In this document: piece after piece, positions 50,641 through 59,615 of the stretch | Layout: every line of letters begins with the position of its first letter | Numbering within the stretch: the stretch's first letter is position 1 | Assembly: GCA_965198175.1 (NCBI GenBank) | Contig: OZ240245.1 | Span: 768,001 to 832,000 of the forward strand | Reading direction: 5' to 3' | DNA from: Candidatus Poribacteria bacterium | GTDB lineage: Bacteria; Poribacteria; WGA-4E; PCPOR2b | Length of the DNA stretch: 64,000 nucleotides | Notes under the pieces: model-generated | What the model saw: only the letters and a program-made list of their open reading frames with translations | Database searches by the model: none | Told to the model about the DNA's origin: nothing | Position numbers and translations under genes: made by a program

Positions 50641-51078
50641 TTAACTTTTATTAATACGGAACAACGGCTGATCGAATTCTACAGGCGCGGCGTTTTCGAC
50701 AAGGATTTCAAGAATCTCACAAGGAAAATCAGGTTTGACTTCGTTAAAAATTTTCATCGCTTCAATCAAACACAACGTATCCTCTTCAGATACGACAGCA
50801 CCTGCCTCAACAAATGGAGGTTCCTCTGGAGAAGATCCACGATAAAACATGCCGGGCATTGGTGCTCTAATCAGTTCTCCTGATTCGTTAGGCGCTTGTG
50901 CGGATGGTGGTTCATGGGTTGGTGGAGCGAATGCGGGAGTTATTGACACGCCTCCTCGGCGGATTCTAAGAGTGACTTCCCCTTCTCGCAGGTAGACTTC
51001 TGTTAAATCACGACTTTCCATTATATCGCAGAGCTGGTTAAGCAAATCAATCGCCGATGACGATTTATCTTCAGGCAT
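50641..51078 (-). CDS. accB: Biotin carboxyl carrier protein
   Basis: [13 protein letters not shown] biotinylation motif, VEFDQPLF. Confidence 0.93.
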   Translation of the reverse strand: MPEDKSSSAIDLLNQLCDIMESRDLTEVYLREGEVTLRIRRGGVSITPAFAPPTHEPPSAQAPNESGELIRAPMPGMFYRGSSPEEPPFVEAGAVVSEEDTLCLIEAMKIFNEVKPDFPCEILEILVENAAPVEFDQPLFRINKS

Positions 51079-51081
51079 GAA

Positions 51082-51639
51082 TTAAACCCTTTCTACGTAC
51101 GTTCCCGTGCGGGTGTCAACTTTGATTGTTGTTCCCTCTTTAACAAACAGAGGTACCTGGACAACCCCACTGGTTTCTAGCTTTGCCGGTTTTGACCCAC
51201 CGCCGGCAGTGTCACCTCGCAAGCCAGGGTCCGTTTCAACAATCACTAGTTCAACAAATGTTGGCAATTCGACGGTCATCGGTGTATTTCCATCAATTTT
51301 GATTTTGACTGTTTCTCCTTCTTTGAGAAATTTCATCCCATCTCCAACAAATTCTTCCGACAAAGAGTGTTGATCGAAATTTTCGTTATCCATAAAATAT
51401 AACAGATTTCCATCTCTGTACATATATTGCATTTCGCGTTCTTCGAGGCGAACGGTTTCAACCGTATCACTTGCGCGAAACGTCCGATCGATGACCGCTC
51501 CGTCGGCAACCCGTTTGAGCTTGGTCCGGGCGAATGCGTTGCCCTTTCCAGGCTTTACGTGTTGGCAATGCACCATGGTGTAGATGATGTCATCCAACCT
51601 AATAACTAAACCATTCCGTAAATCATTGAGTGCTGCCAT
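51082..51639 (-). CDS. efp: Elongation factor P
   Basis: HVKPGKG, PGLRGDT, VPLFV, KVDTRTG.YVER; start MAALND at 51639. Confidence 0.96.
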   Translation of the reverse strand: MAALNDLRNGLVIRLDDIIYTMVHCQHVKPGKGNAFARTKLKRVADGAVIDRTFRASDTVETVRLEEREMQYMYRDGNLLYFMDNENFDQHSLSEEFVGDGMKFLKEGETVKIKIDGNTPMTVELPTFVELVIVETDPGLRGDTAGGGSKPAKLETSGVVQVPLFVKEGTTIKVDTRTGTYVERV

Positions 51640-51823
51640 AAGTACCCCTTCGTATGAATGAAGAATTTGAGCATTTTTTCTTTGCGGGCTTGAGTAACGA
51701 CCATCACTAACCACATCCTTCCAGCCAAGATCTTTTGGTAATCAACATGGTATACTAAAGCAAGGGTTCCTAATTATCTTTAGTCTCCCTTTGGACGGCC
51801 TCGTTGTCTCATTTGCTCCCAAA

Positions 51824-52273
51824 TTAGCGATCCAGTTCCGATTTCTGCAAAATGTGGATTATTGCGTTGAGCGCGAGATCGTAACTATACGCGCCAAAAC
51901 CGCCAATTACACCGACGGCAATGGGGTTAATGTAAGAATGCTGGCGGAAGGGCTCGCGAGCGTAGATATTGGAAAGATGAATTTCAATAACGGGAAGGTT
52001 CACAGCCGACAAGGCGTCCCGAATCGCGACGCTTGTGTGCGTGTAACCCGCGGGATTGATAAGGATCCCGTCCGCCCAATCAATATTGTCTCCAATGATG
52101 GAGACAATTTCCCCTTCGTGGTTTGATTGAAAGATTTTGAGCTCAACGCATCGCTGCGAGGCAATTTCGAGCAGGTGTGCGTTGATGTCCGTCAATGTCT
52201 GATTGCCGTAAATCTCACGCTGACGCCTGCCTAGGAGATGTAGATTTGGTCCGTGAATTAGTAGAACCTTCAT
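51824..52273 (-). CDS. aroQ: Type II 3-dehydroquinate dehydratase
   Basis: HGPNL..LG.R..EIYG, QSNHEG, INPAGYTHTS, EIHLSNIYARE.FR. Confidence 0.95.
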   Translation of the reverse strand: MKVLLIHGPNLHLLGRRQREIYGNQTLTDINAHLLEIASQRCVELKIFQSNHEGEIVSIIGDNIDWADGILINPAGYTHTSVAIRDALSAVNLPVIEIHLSNIYAREPFRQHSYINPIAVGVIGGFGAYSYDLALNAIIHILQKSELDR

Positions 52274-52434
52274 GCAGTTACTCCGTTTGACTTAAACCTA
52301 GTGGAGTTTGTTCGTTTTTCTCCTCTCTCCCTCTGCATTCTTTGACCAAATTCTCGTCCATATCTCGAAATTGTTCCCTATGTTATCACATCCTTGCGTT
52401 CTGCCCTTGTTAAGTGCCTCATAAATCTTTTATC

Positions 52435-53520
52435 TTACATACATTGTGAAATCGCTGCGGTGATTGCTGCCTCATCTATATCGTCACGAACAACTACTTC
52501 GCCAATTTGTGTCGGCAGGACGAGACGTAACTTCCCGCCTTTCGTTTTTTTATCAAGATACATCTTTTCAAGGAGTTGTTCAGGGGCGATTTCCGACGAA
52601 AAATTCCCCGGAAGCCCTGCATGCTGCAAGAGATTTCTCTGTCGCTCCCAATCCGCTGAATCCAACATGCCTACATTCGCCGCGAGCTGAGCGGCACAGT
52701 TCATGCCAATTGCCACCGCTTCACCGTGGCGGTAGGCATCGTAATCCGTCAGCGCTTCAAGTGCATGACCAAAAGTGTGACCGTAGTTCAGTATTTCTCT
52801 CAGTCCGCTCTCTTTCTCATCCTTTCCCACGACGTAAGCCTTATTTGTACACGAGCGAGCAATTACGTCAACAAGGATAGACACATCTAGATCGAGGATA
52901 GCATCCAGGTTTGACTCGATCTGATCAAACAATGGCGTGTCCATAATCATGCCGTACTTAATAATCTCAACAAGTCCAGATCGAATTTCACGCGGCGGCA
53001 ATGTTTCCAGCGTCTTCACATCAATGAGGACGAACTCGGGTTGATGAAACGCGCCAATAAGGTTTTTGCCCTTCGGATGGTTAATTGCCGTTTTACCGCC
53101 GACGCTCGCATCCACTTGAGCTAGCAATGTCGTCGGCACCTGAACCCACGCGATGCCGCGCATAAATGTTGCGGCGACGAAGCCCGCGAGATCGCCGATA
53201 GCTCCTCCGCCGAGCGCAAGCAATGTAGAAGCCCGATACATCCGATGATTAATTAGCTCATCGTGCAGTCTGGCAAATTCCGTTAAAGATTTGTATTCCT
53301 CGCCAGCGGGAACCTCTACAATCCGAAAGTCGAAGCCTGCGTTTGACAGGCTCTCTGAAACCGTTCCGCTATAGTGTTTGCTTACAACAGCATCTGCAAC
53401 AACAATCACTTTGGGTGATTTTGCCTTGGGTTTAAGCAATTCCCCAATCTGACCAAGATGTCCTTGTTCAATAAAGATTGGATAGCTATTCTCGTCAAGT
53501 TCAACGTGAATGGACGGCAT
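52435..53520 (-). CDS. aroB: 3-dehydroquinate synthase
   Basis: GGGAIGDLAGF, PTTLLAQVDASVGGKT, LNYGHTFGHA, HGEAV. Confidence 0.96.
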   Translation of the reverse strand: MPSIHVELDENSYPIFIEQGHLGQIGELLKPKAKSPKVIVVADAVVSKHYSGTVSESLSNAGFDFRIVEVPAGEEYKSLTEFARLHDELINHRMYRASTLLALGGGAIGDLAGFVAATFMRGIAWVQVPTTLLAQVDASVGGKTAINHPKGKNLIGAFHQPEFVLIDVKTLETLPPREIRSGLVEIIKYGMIMDTPLFDQIESNLDAILDLDVSILVDVIARSCTNKAYVVGKDEKESGLREILNYGHTFGHALEALTDYDAYRHGEAVAIGMNCAAQLAANVGMLDSADWERQRNLLQHAGLPGNFSSEIAPEQLLEKMYLDKKTKGGKLRLVLPTQIGEVVVRDDIDEAAITAAISQCM

Positions 53521-54019
53521 GCTGGAATATCTCTACAATTCTATCTGCGACCTCATCAATTGATAAACCAGTTGTTTGGATATCGTAGTCGGCACGAGCA
53601 TAGTACGGGGCACGAATAGCAAGCATCTGTCGGATTTCGTCCAACGGATGGGATGTCTGGAGCAGCGGGCGGTGGGTCGCATGTCGAACCCGCTTCCAGA
53701 TTGTCTCTGGAGGCGCCGTCAAGCAAAAGACAATCCCATTTTGCTTAAGCATTTTCAGATTAGATTCCCAAAGGACAATGCCTCCGCCCGTTGAAATGAC
53801 ATGGTTATCTAAACCGGACACCTTGCAAACAGCGTCGCTCTCCAAGTGTCGGAAGTAGGATTCGTCATACCTCGCGAAAATATTCGAGATGACCATGCCA
53901 CTGTCTTGTTCAATAACGCCATCTGTATCAATTAACGACATCTCTAACTGCTTGGAAATTCTCCGCCCTACCGACGTTTTCCCCGTCCCCATGAAACCGA
54001 CCAAGACAATGTTTGGCAC
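53501..54019 (-). CDS. aroK: Shikimate kinase
   Basis: GFMGTGKT, FRHLE, STGGG, RPLL; likely GTG start at 54019 after AAGGAGG. Confidence 0.93.
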   Translation of the reverse strand: MPNIVLVGFMGTGKTSVGRRISKQLEMSLIDTDGVIEQDSGMVISNIFARYDESYFRHLESDAVCKVSGLDNHVISTGGGIVLWESNLKMLKQNGIVFCLTAPPETIWKRVRHATHRPLLQTSHPLDEIRQMLAIRAPYYARADYDIQTTGLSIDEVADRIVEIFQHAVHSR

Positions 54020-54046
54020 CCATGCTCCCTCCTTCGCGAAGGTATA

Positions 54047-54075
54047 AGTATACACTTGATGTGAGAAATTGTAAA
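54047..54075 (-). promoter_or_regulatory. Sigma70-type promoter of the aroK operon
   Basis: TTTACA-N17-TATACT. Confidence 0.55.
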
Positions 54076-54416
54076 GCATTATTCGTCAGTTCCACCTAAC
54101 TGCCTCAACTAGAGAGCTTAAACACAGGTTTCGGGACGCCTCCCAGAAAGTTCACTATTTGCTGAACTTCGAAGGTGGAACTAAATTGGATAGTCTTTGA
54201 CTGCAACACAGTTGAGGATTATCGATTCTGGAGGGACTTGTGAAACAATGAACAATATACTTCGGTAGGTAATTAATTCGAGAATCACTTTGGAAGGTTA
54301 GGGTGGAATGGTAGTCGAACTAAGAAGGGAAAGAAAACAAGGCTGTGAGGTAAAATCGGCAAATAGCTGAGATAAAGAGAGGGGTTGAACACTGAATGAA
54401 ATTGAAAAGGGGGAAG

Positions 54417-55583
54417 TTATTCTCTCTCACCAAGAACAACATGCCGTTTAAGCGTCTGTTGACCTCTTCGAATCTTAATCGTAACCGGCGTATTGGGGTT
54501 GGAATTTGCAACGAGTTTTTGCAATTCCCAGCACGAATAAACGGGCACACCTTCAAATTCAGTAATGACATCTTGAGCGAGGATCCCACACTTTTGCGCC
54601 GGAGTCTCTTCCAAAACTTTTGTAACACGGACACCAAGAGCGTCCCCATCAATCTTGACTCCCAACCAACCGCGGTGTACTTTCCCATCTCGAATTAGCT
54701 GTTCCGCAATGGTTTGAACGGTCTTAATCGGAATCGCAAAACCGATTTCGTTCTCCATCCTAACATGCCCTGCGGAGGGGACAGCGTGCGTAGTGGAAAG
54801 CTGTCCATCGGACAACTTGGAGCGAATAGGAATTTGAGACAACGGCGCGAAATAGGGTTCAGCGAGAGCCGCGGTAATTATACCAATAATCTCTCCTGAT
54901 GTATTAACAACCGCCCCGCCACTATTCCCTGGATTTACAGCAGCATTCACTTTGATGGCGTCATAGGGACGATTCGGTAAGGCTTCCAAGCCGCTAACAA
55001 TTCCAAATGATAGTGTTGGAGAGTGTCCAAAGGAACTGCCAACCGTAATGACCCAAGACCCTGTACGAATCTGATCTGAATCGCCAATCTTTGTCCGTAG
55101 TGAATAACCTTCCTTCAATGCTAGCACAGCGATGTCCGTCAAGGGATCGACGCCCGCGAGTTCTGCAGAACTACGCCGTCCGTTGCCGAATATCACTTCA
55201 ATTTCATCGGCGCCTTCAACAACAGCGCGGGTCGTCACAATATGGTCCCCTGAATCGATAAGTGTTCCCGATCCGATATTCTGATAATGGATCGTTTCCT
55301 GACTATCTTCGACGAAGGAATGCGATACGCCTGAATTCAACGGGAACATTCTAGTTTTCCCTTGCCTTCCAGGGACTGTGAATGTTGCAACCACCTCAAC
55401 CACAGCCGGCTTCACAGACTGAACAATCGCTTGAAACTCGCTTTCCATTAATTGCAAGACAGTCTTTTCTGCGAACGCAAAGGAAGACCCCGTCACAAAT
55501 AGAATAATACTAAAAACAATTGACAATTGACGATTGACAATTGATAATGAGTTATGCTTCATTCCGCATCTTTCATTTTGCAC
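54417..55583 (-). CDS. HtrA/DegS-like protein with one PDZ domain; catalytic His missing
   Basis: GSG, TTRAVV (His to Ala), DPLTDIAV, NPGNSGG, RGWLGV. Confidence 0.85.
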   Translation of the reverse strand: MQNERCGMKHNSLSIVNRQLSIVFSIILFVTGSSFAFAEKTVLQLMESEFQAIVQSVKPAVVEVVATFTVPGRQGKTRMFPLNSGVSHSFVEDSQETIHYQNIGSGTLIDSGDHIVTTRAVVEGADEIEVIFGNGRRSSAELAGVDPLTDIAVLALKEGYSLRTKIGDSDQIRTGSWVITVGSSFGHSPTLSFGIVSGLEALPNRPYDAIKVNAAVNPGNSGGAVVNTSGEIIGIITAALAEPYFAPLSQIPIRSKLSDGQLSTTHAVPSAGHVRMENEIGFAIPIKTVQTIAEQLIRDGKVHRGWLGVKIDGDALGVRVTKVLEETPAQKCGILAQDVITEFEGVPVYSCWELQKLVANSNPNTPVTIKIRRGQQTLKRHVVLGERE

Positions 55584-55607
55584 GTTGTTTTGTCTCCTTT
55601 CCTTAAC

Positions 55608-56243
55608 CTACCAGCCTCCACTTGTAGAGGCATCTGTGTAAGTGACCGTCTGCAAAATGTAATTTCGCTCTACGCGCTGTGGTTGAACTTCTTTTGGAAA
55701 AACTGAACCCTCAAACGCCGGAAACTCGACGAGGCGTTGTCGGTTCAAATCAGGAACTAAAGGCGATTGTTTCCACGGCGGTGAATCGTCAACGCGAATT
55801 CTTGGTGGCGGTATCACGTGCCGTATCACGTAACGTCTGTCGCTCGGTGTGTTATCGGCACGGGCAACAGTAATATCGTCGTTTCCTATAAGTGTATTTT
55901 GGTAAAGATATATGCCTGCTATCATGCATATTCCTATCCCCATTGCAATTCCACTAAATGCCCATACTGATTGAGCACGCATAGCCTCCAAGGCACGACG
56001 CCACCAAGGAATCAATTCTATTTGAGAGTTGGCAAGGCGGGTTTGTAAGACCGTATCGAAGCTTGGCGAAGGTTCGATTGATGGCATCCGATGCAATAAA
56101 TTAACCGATTCGCGGAATAAAATATATCCGTGATGACACAATTCGCAGTTTGCAAGATGCGTCTCAAATGTCTTCGTAGCTTGATAATCAAGTTCGTCTT
56201 CAAGGTGTGCGGAGAATTGTTCTTCAACCCCTACGCAGTCCAT
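55608..56243 (-). CDS. Zinc-finger (ZAS, zf-HC2) transmembrane anti-sigma factor
   Basis: MDC..., HLANCELC motif, single TM segment; overlaps the sigma gene stop. Confidence 0.85.
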   Translation of the reverse strand: MDCVGVEEQFSAHLEDELDYQATKTFETHLANCELCHHGYILFRESVNLLHRMPSIEPSPSFDTVLQTRLANSQIELIPWWRRALEAMRAQSVWAFSGIAMGIGICMIAGIYLYQNTLIGNDDITVARADNTPSDRRYVIRHVIPPPRIRVDDSPPWKQSPLVPDLNRQRLVEFPAFEGSVFPKEVQPQRVERNYILQTVTYTDASTSGGW

Positions 56244-56854
56244 GGTTCCTCCACAAAGTCTTTTAATTTGTCTCTTAGCATCAATCGTGCTCGGTTGATA
56301 CGAGACTTCGTTGTTCCAAGCGGCAAGTTCAAAATTTTGCTAATTTCTTCATAACAGCGGTCTTGCAGATCGCGCAGAATCAATGGTAATCTATACCGTT
56401 CCGGCAGCTTTGAGATTGCATTATGTACCGCTTGTTGTCGTTCTTTCTGTACCAGTTGGTTTTCGGGTTGGAACGAGGCATGAGCGGGGGCGGTTGCAAT
56501 CAAATCTTCGCGGAGACTATCATCATGACTGAGGTATTCCTCAGAGTTAACGTTATCAATGAAGAAATGACCACGCCGTCCACGGTTGCGAAGCTCATTT
56601 TTGCAAAGATTGGAGGCAATATGATACATCCACGTACTGAACTTTGCCGCCCCAACTCTGTACCGATTCGCAGCTTTGAACATACGAACAAACGTCTCTT
56701 GCGCCAAATCTTCAGCGGAATCTCGGTCACCTAAGAACCGCCCAATGAAATTGACCAGAGGAGTTCGGTTTCGACGCACAATGAGATCAAAGGCTTCTAT
56801 GTCCCCTTGTTGACACCGTTCCATCAATTCATCGTCCAAATCTGACATCATCAT
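56231..56854 (-). CDS. ECF RNA polymerase sigma factor (SigE/SigW-like)
   Basis: AEDLAQETF, FSTWMYHIA.N, YEEISKIL..PLGTTKSRINRAR. Confidence 0.93.
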   Translation of the reverse strand: MMMSDLDDELMERCQQGDIEAFDLIVRRNRTPLVNFIGRFLGDRDSAEDLAQETFVRMFKAANRYRVGAAKFSTWMYHIASNLCKNELRNRGRRGHFFIDNVNSEEYLSHDDSLREDLIATAPAHASFQPENQLVQKERQQAVHNAISKLPERYRLPLILRDLQDRCYEEISKILNLPLGTTKSRINRARLMLRDKLKDFVEEPWTA

Positions 56855-56877
56855 TCCTCCACCGGTGATTATTTAGG

Positions 56878-56905
56878 TATACACCAGTTGATAGCCTAAG
56901 TTTCA
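56878..56905 (-). promoter_or_regulatory. Putative autoregulatory ECF promoter
   Basis: TGAAAC-N16-TGTATA, similar to the SigW-type TGAAAC-N16-CGTA consensus. Confidence 0.6.
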
Positions 56906-57025
56906 ATTTTTCTTCAGATAAATCGTCTACAACCGGAGACTATCCTTGAGATACTCCACCTACTGCAAGAGAAATTAGCAGTAGATACTAGAACAGAATT
57001 ATACAAATAAGCAAGCCATTGTTCA

Positions 57026-57544
57026 ATGAAAAATTTAGAACTTAAAGCCAAATGTGGTTGCCTGGATTCGGTGCGTCAGCAACTTGTTGATTTGAAGGCA
57101 GAATACCGCGGAACAGAGGAACAGATCGACACCTATTTTAACGCTCCAAAAGGCAGGCTAAAACTCCGGGAAATCAATTATGGTAAGGTATATCTAGTCT
57201 ACTACGAACGCCCAAACAGTGCGGAATCGCGCTATAGCACCTACCAAATGTGCGATATTCCCAGTCCGGCGGCGTTCAAGGAAATCCTGTCAACAGCCCT
57301 CGGCGTGAATGTTACTGTCGAGAAGCACCGCGAGTTGTGGCTGTTCGGCGACACACGCATCCATCTAGATCAGGTCATCGATCTCGGTGAGTTCGTCGAA
57401 TTAGAAACGGTCATCCACAATCAGTCGGAGCGGGCAGCGTGGGCGGAGCATCAACTTGTGAAAGACGCGATCGGAATCTTGGAGGGAGATTTAATAGCTG
57501 AATCGTATAGCGATCTGCTCTACGGGAAGTGGGAACGAAGCTAA
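57026..57544 (+). CDS. CYTH domain protein (class IV adenylate cyclase-like)
   Basis: NLELKA, QIDTYF, GRLKLRE, RIHLDQV..LGEFVELE. Confidence 0.9.
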   Translation: MKNLELKAKCGCLDSVRQQLVDLKAEYRGTEEQIDTYFNAPKGRLKLREINYGKVYLVYYERPNSAESRYSTYQMCDIPSPAAFKEILSTALGVNVTVEKHRELWLFGDTRIHLDQVIDLGEFVELETVIHNQSERAAWAEHQLVKDAIGILEGDLIAESYSDLLYGKWERS

Positions 57545-57568
57545 CTGTGATGCGTTAACTTTCATGTG

Positions 57569-58762
57569 TCATTCGTCATTCTCTGTCGATGGCAATGGTT
57601 CAAGCGACGCGCCAACGGGACGGTTCCCTGTAGGCCGCCACGGAATTGAATCGTAGGCGCGATACACAATATCAAGATGGGGCGTTTCGAGGCGTGCATA
57701 ACCGCGATAGCGTGATTCCAATGCCACTTCAAGCACGCCTGTCGTCAGCAGGGTTCGCTCAACGGGATAAGTTGGCTCACCGTTAACAAACATCTCTTCG
57801 ATACTCAAGCTGAGGTAACTAAAATGGGGATGCGGCGGTCTGTTCAATAAATAGAACTCTGTACTATAGATTTCGTTTTTAACACGACAGGCATAAGCGA
57901 AATCTGTAACATAGCCATTCAGCATTAGAATTGCGCCCCGCACTCCATCACGGTATTCGATAAGAAAAAGTGCAGGATTCTTGCAATGTTCCTCCATCGA
58001 TCCAGTGGGCTTGTTCTGAATAGCGTCACAAGCGGCTGATGCCAGTTTGTACGACCACAATCCAATGGTAGCGGTATTCCACACCGCATCACCCTCTAGA
58101 CACGTCACAGCGGCGACACCAGTTTCGCCGCCGATGCGTCGTTCAAGCATGCATTGTAGCGTTTCTAGCGTATGAAAGCCGTAGCTATCCAACCCCGAGT
58201 AACCAATCGCAATAGCCTCCTCAATTGGGGCTTCCAACTCGTGTTCCAGCCATGGATCACGATAGGTTAACGGCAGCGAAGAACCCGCCATGAAGGGCGC
58301 ACCTAATTGCGCTGCGCGATCAACCATCCACTTGGCATCGTGCCAGTTGTAGGAAAGGTGTTTATCGCAAAAAATGGGAACCGATCTGCCGCTTCTCGCA
58401 ATGACGCCACAGATTTGCTCCATAAAATATTTCCGCGGATAGAGGTTTTGGTCTTTTTCATTCCACGCATAGTCACCATGCTCCCCGATTAAGAGCACAC
58501 CATCGACAGCCAGCTCCTCTCCACCAAGCGTCAAGGCTTTGACTATGCTCGGATAGATTTTTGCGTCATGTTCGGCAGCAAGATTTCGGCTCAGATCGTT
58601 TTCGGCAAATTGATCGACGTACATTGATACAACGTCAACACGAGGCTGAATGAACCCATCATCTGTCGGAAACCCTTTCAGGAACTTGGTTACAATCACG
58701 TCTGCGTGAGACAACGGACGATACTCAGTGATAACTGCTGCAATCTTTTTACGTTTTGCCAT
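57569..58762 (-). CDS. Conserved hypothetical protein, possibly oxidoreductase-like
   Basis: 397 aa ORF with VDGVLLIGEHG, FCDKHLS, AGSSLP, YGFH motifs; function not assignable. Confidence 0.7.
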   Translation of the reverse strand: MAKRKKIAAVITEYRPLSHADVIVTKFLKGFPTDDGFIQPRVDVVSMYVDQFAENDLSRNLAAEHDAKIYPSIVKALTLGGEELAVDGVLLIGEHGDYAWNEKDQNLYPRKYFMEQICGVIARSGRSVPIFCDKHLSYNWHDAKWMVDRAAQLGAPFMAGSSLPLTYRDPWLEHELEAPIEEAIAIGYSGLDSYGFHTLETLQCMLERRIGGETGVAAVTCLEGDAVWNTATIGLWSYKLASAACDAIQNKPTGSMEEHCKNPALFLIEYRDGVRGAILMLNGYVTDFAYACRVKNEIYSTEFYLLNRPPHPHFSYLSLSIEEMFVNGEPTYPVERTLLTTGVLEVALESRYRGYARLETPHLDIVYRAYDSIPWRPTGNRPVGASLEPLPSTENDE

Positions 58763-59023
58763 GTAGCAGATTTTTCTCCAATTTGAATACCGGCTAGGAT
58801 TATGGTTGATTTGAAACCTAGATTGAAACTATTTTCAGCACTTCAAAATTCTGCTGTTAGCGTAAAAATGGGAATTGGTATTACAGCTTGAGTTCCTGAC
58901 AAAGGGCGCTGCTCCCATTTTCCTCACCGTCAATCTCGTAGGTATCTGCATCGTTATGATTCTGCCTTCTATGCGCGTCTCTATATTGGCGCTGCAATCT
59001 TTCTGGAAGGGCAAAGATCCTGC

Positions 59024-59052
59024 TTGACAAGAATTATCAGATCGCATATTAT
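59024..59052 (+). promoter_or_regulatory. Sigma70-type promoter
   Basis: TTGACA-N17-TATTAT. Confidence 0.6.
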
Positions 59053-59092
59053 AAATTCTGTCCGAATTTCACTGTGCGAAAGGAGTAGAAAA

Positions 59093-59473
59093 TTGTACAC
59101 TACCGTCATCGTTCCATTTGAATTCTATGCGAGTCACAGTTTGTTCGTCCGTGAGACGCCACATACTCATCACTGGACGCTGAGGCTATTTGTGAAAGGT
59201 ATACCGAAAAATGGAATGGTCATCGACATCCTCAAGCTTCGGGAGATTGCCGATCCGCATGTTCAAAAACTTGCCAATACCTATCTGAATGAAAATCCAG
59301 CCTTGACCGAAGAACAGATGGCGTGTCCAACTTGTGAAATGCTGTCCGCCTATTTTTATACGCACGTTTCTGAGGAACTGAGGAAATTTGATGTGCAACT
59401 CCAAGCTGTTGAAGTGGAATTAGGCGAACCCGAAGGTAAAGAGTGGGGATCCGCGCGAATCGAGGCTGACTGA
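59093..59473 (+). CDS. 6-pyruvoyl tetrahydropterin synthase/QueD family (T-fold) protein
   Basis: F.ASH, HxH, NGMVID, YLNE, PTCE; TTG start after AAGGAG. Confidence 0.75.
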   Translation: MYTTVIVPFEFYASHSLFVRETPHTHHWTLRLFVKGIPKNGMVIDILKLREIADPHVQKLANTYLNENPALTEEQMACPTCEMLSAYFYTHVSEELRKFDVQLQAVEVELGEPEGKEWGSARIEAD

Positions 59474-59615
59474 GAGAACTTAGGCATCGAAAACCGCCGT
59501 AATTTCGAACGGATTCTTAACGGCATCGATTTACTTTCTTCATCTGATCGATTCAGTTTACTCTCAAAATTGACGTAAAACGTGATTGAGTTATGCTGAT
59601 TTTGGCAGGTAGAGG

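Noticed and set aside
59053..59092. preQ1 riboswitch before the PTPS/QueD-like gene
   Set aside because: The leader is very short and lacks the stem plus A-rich tail pattern.
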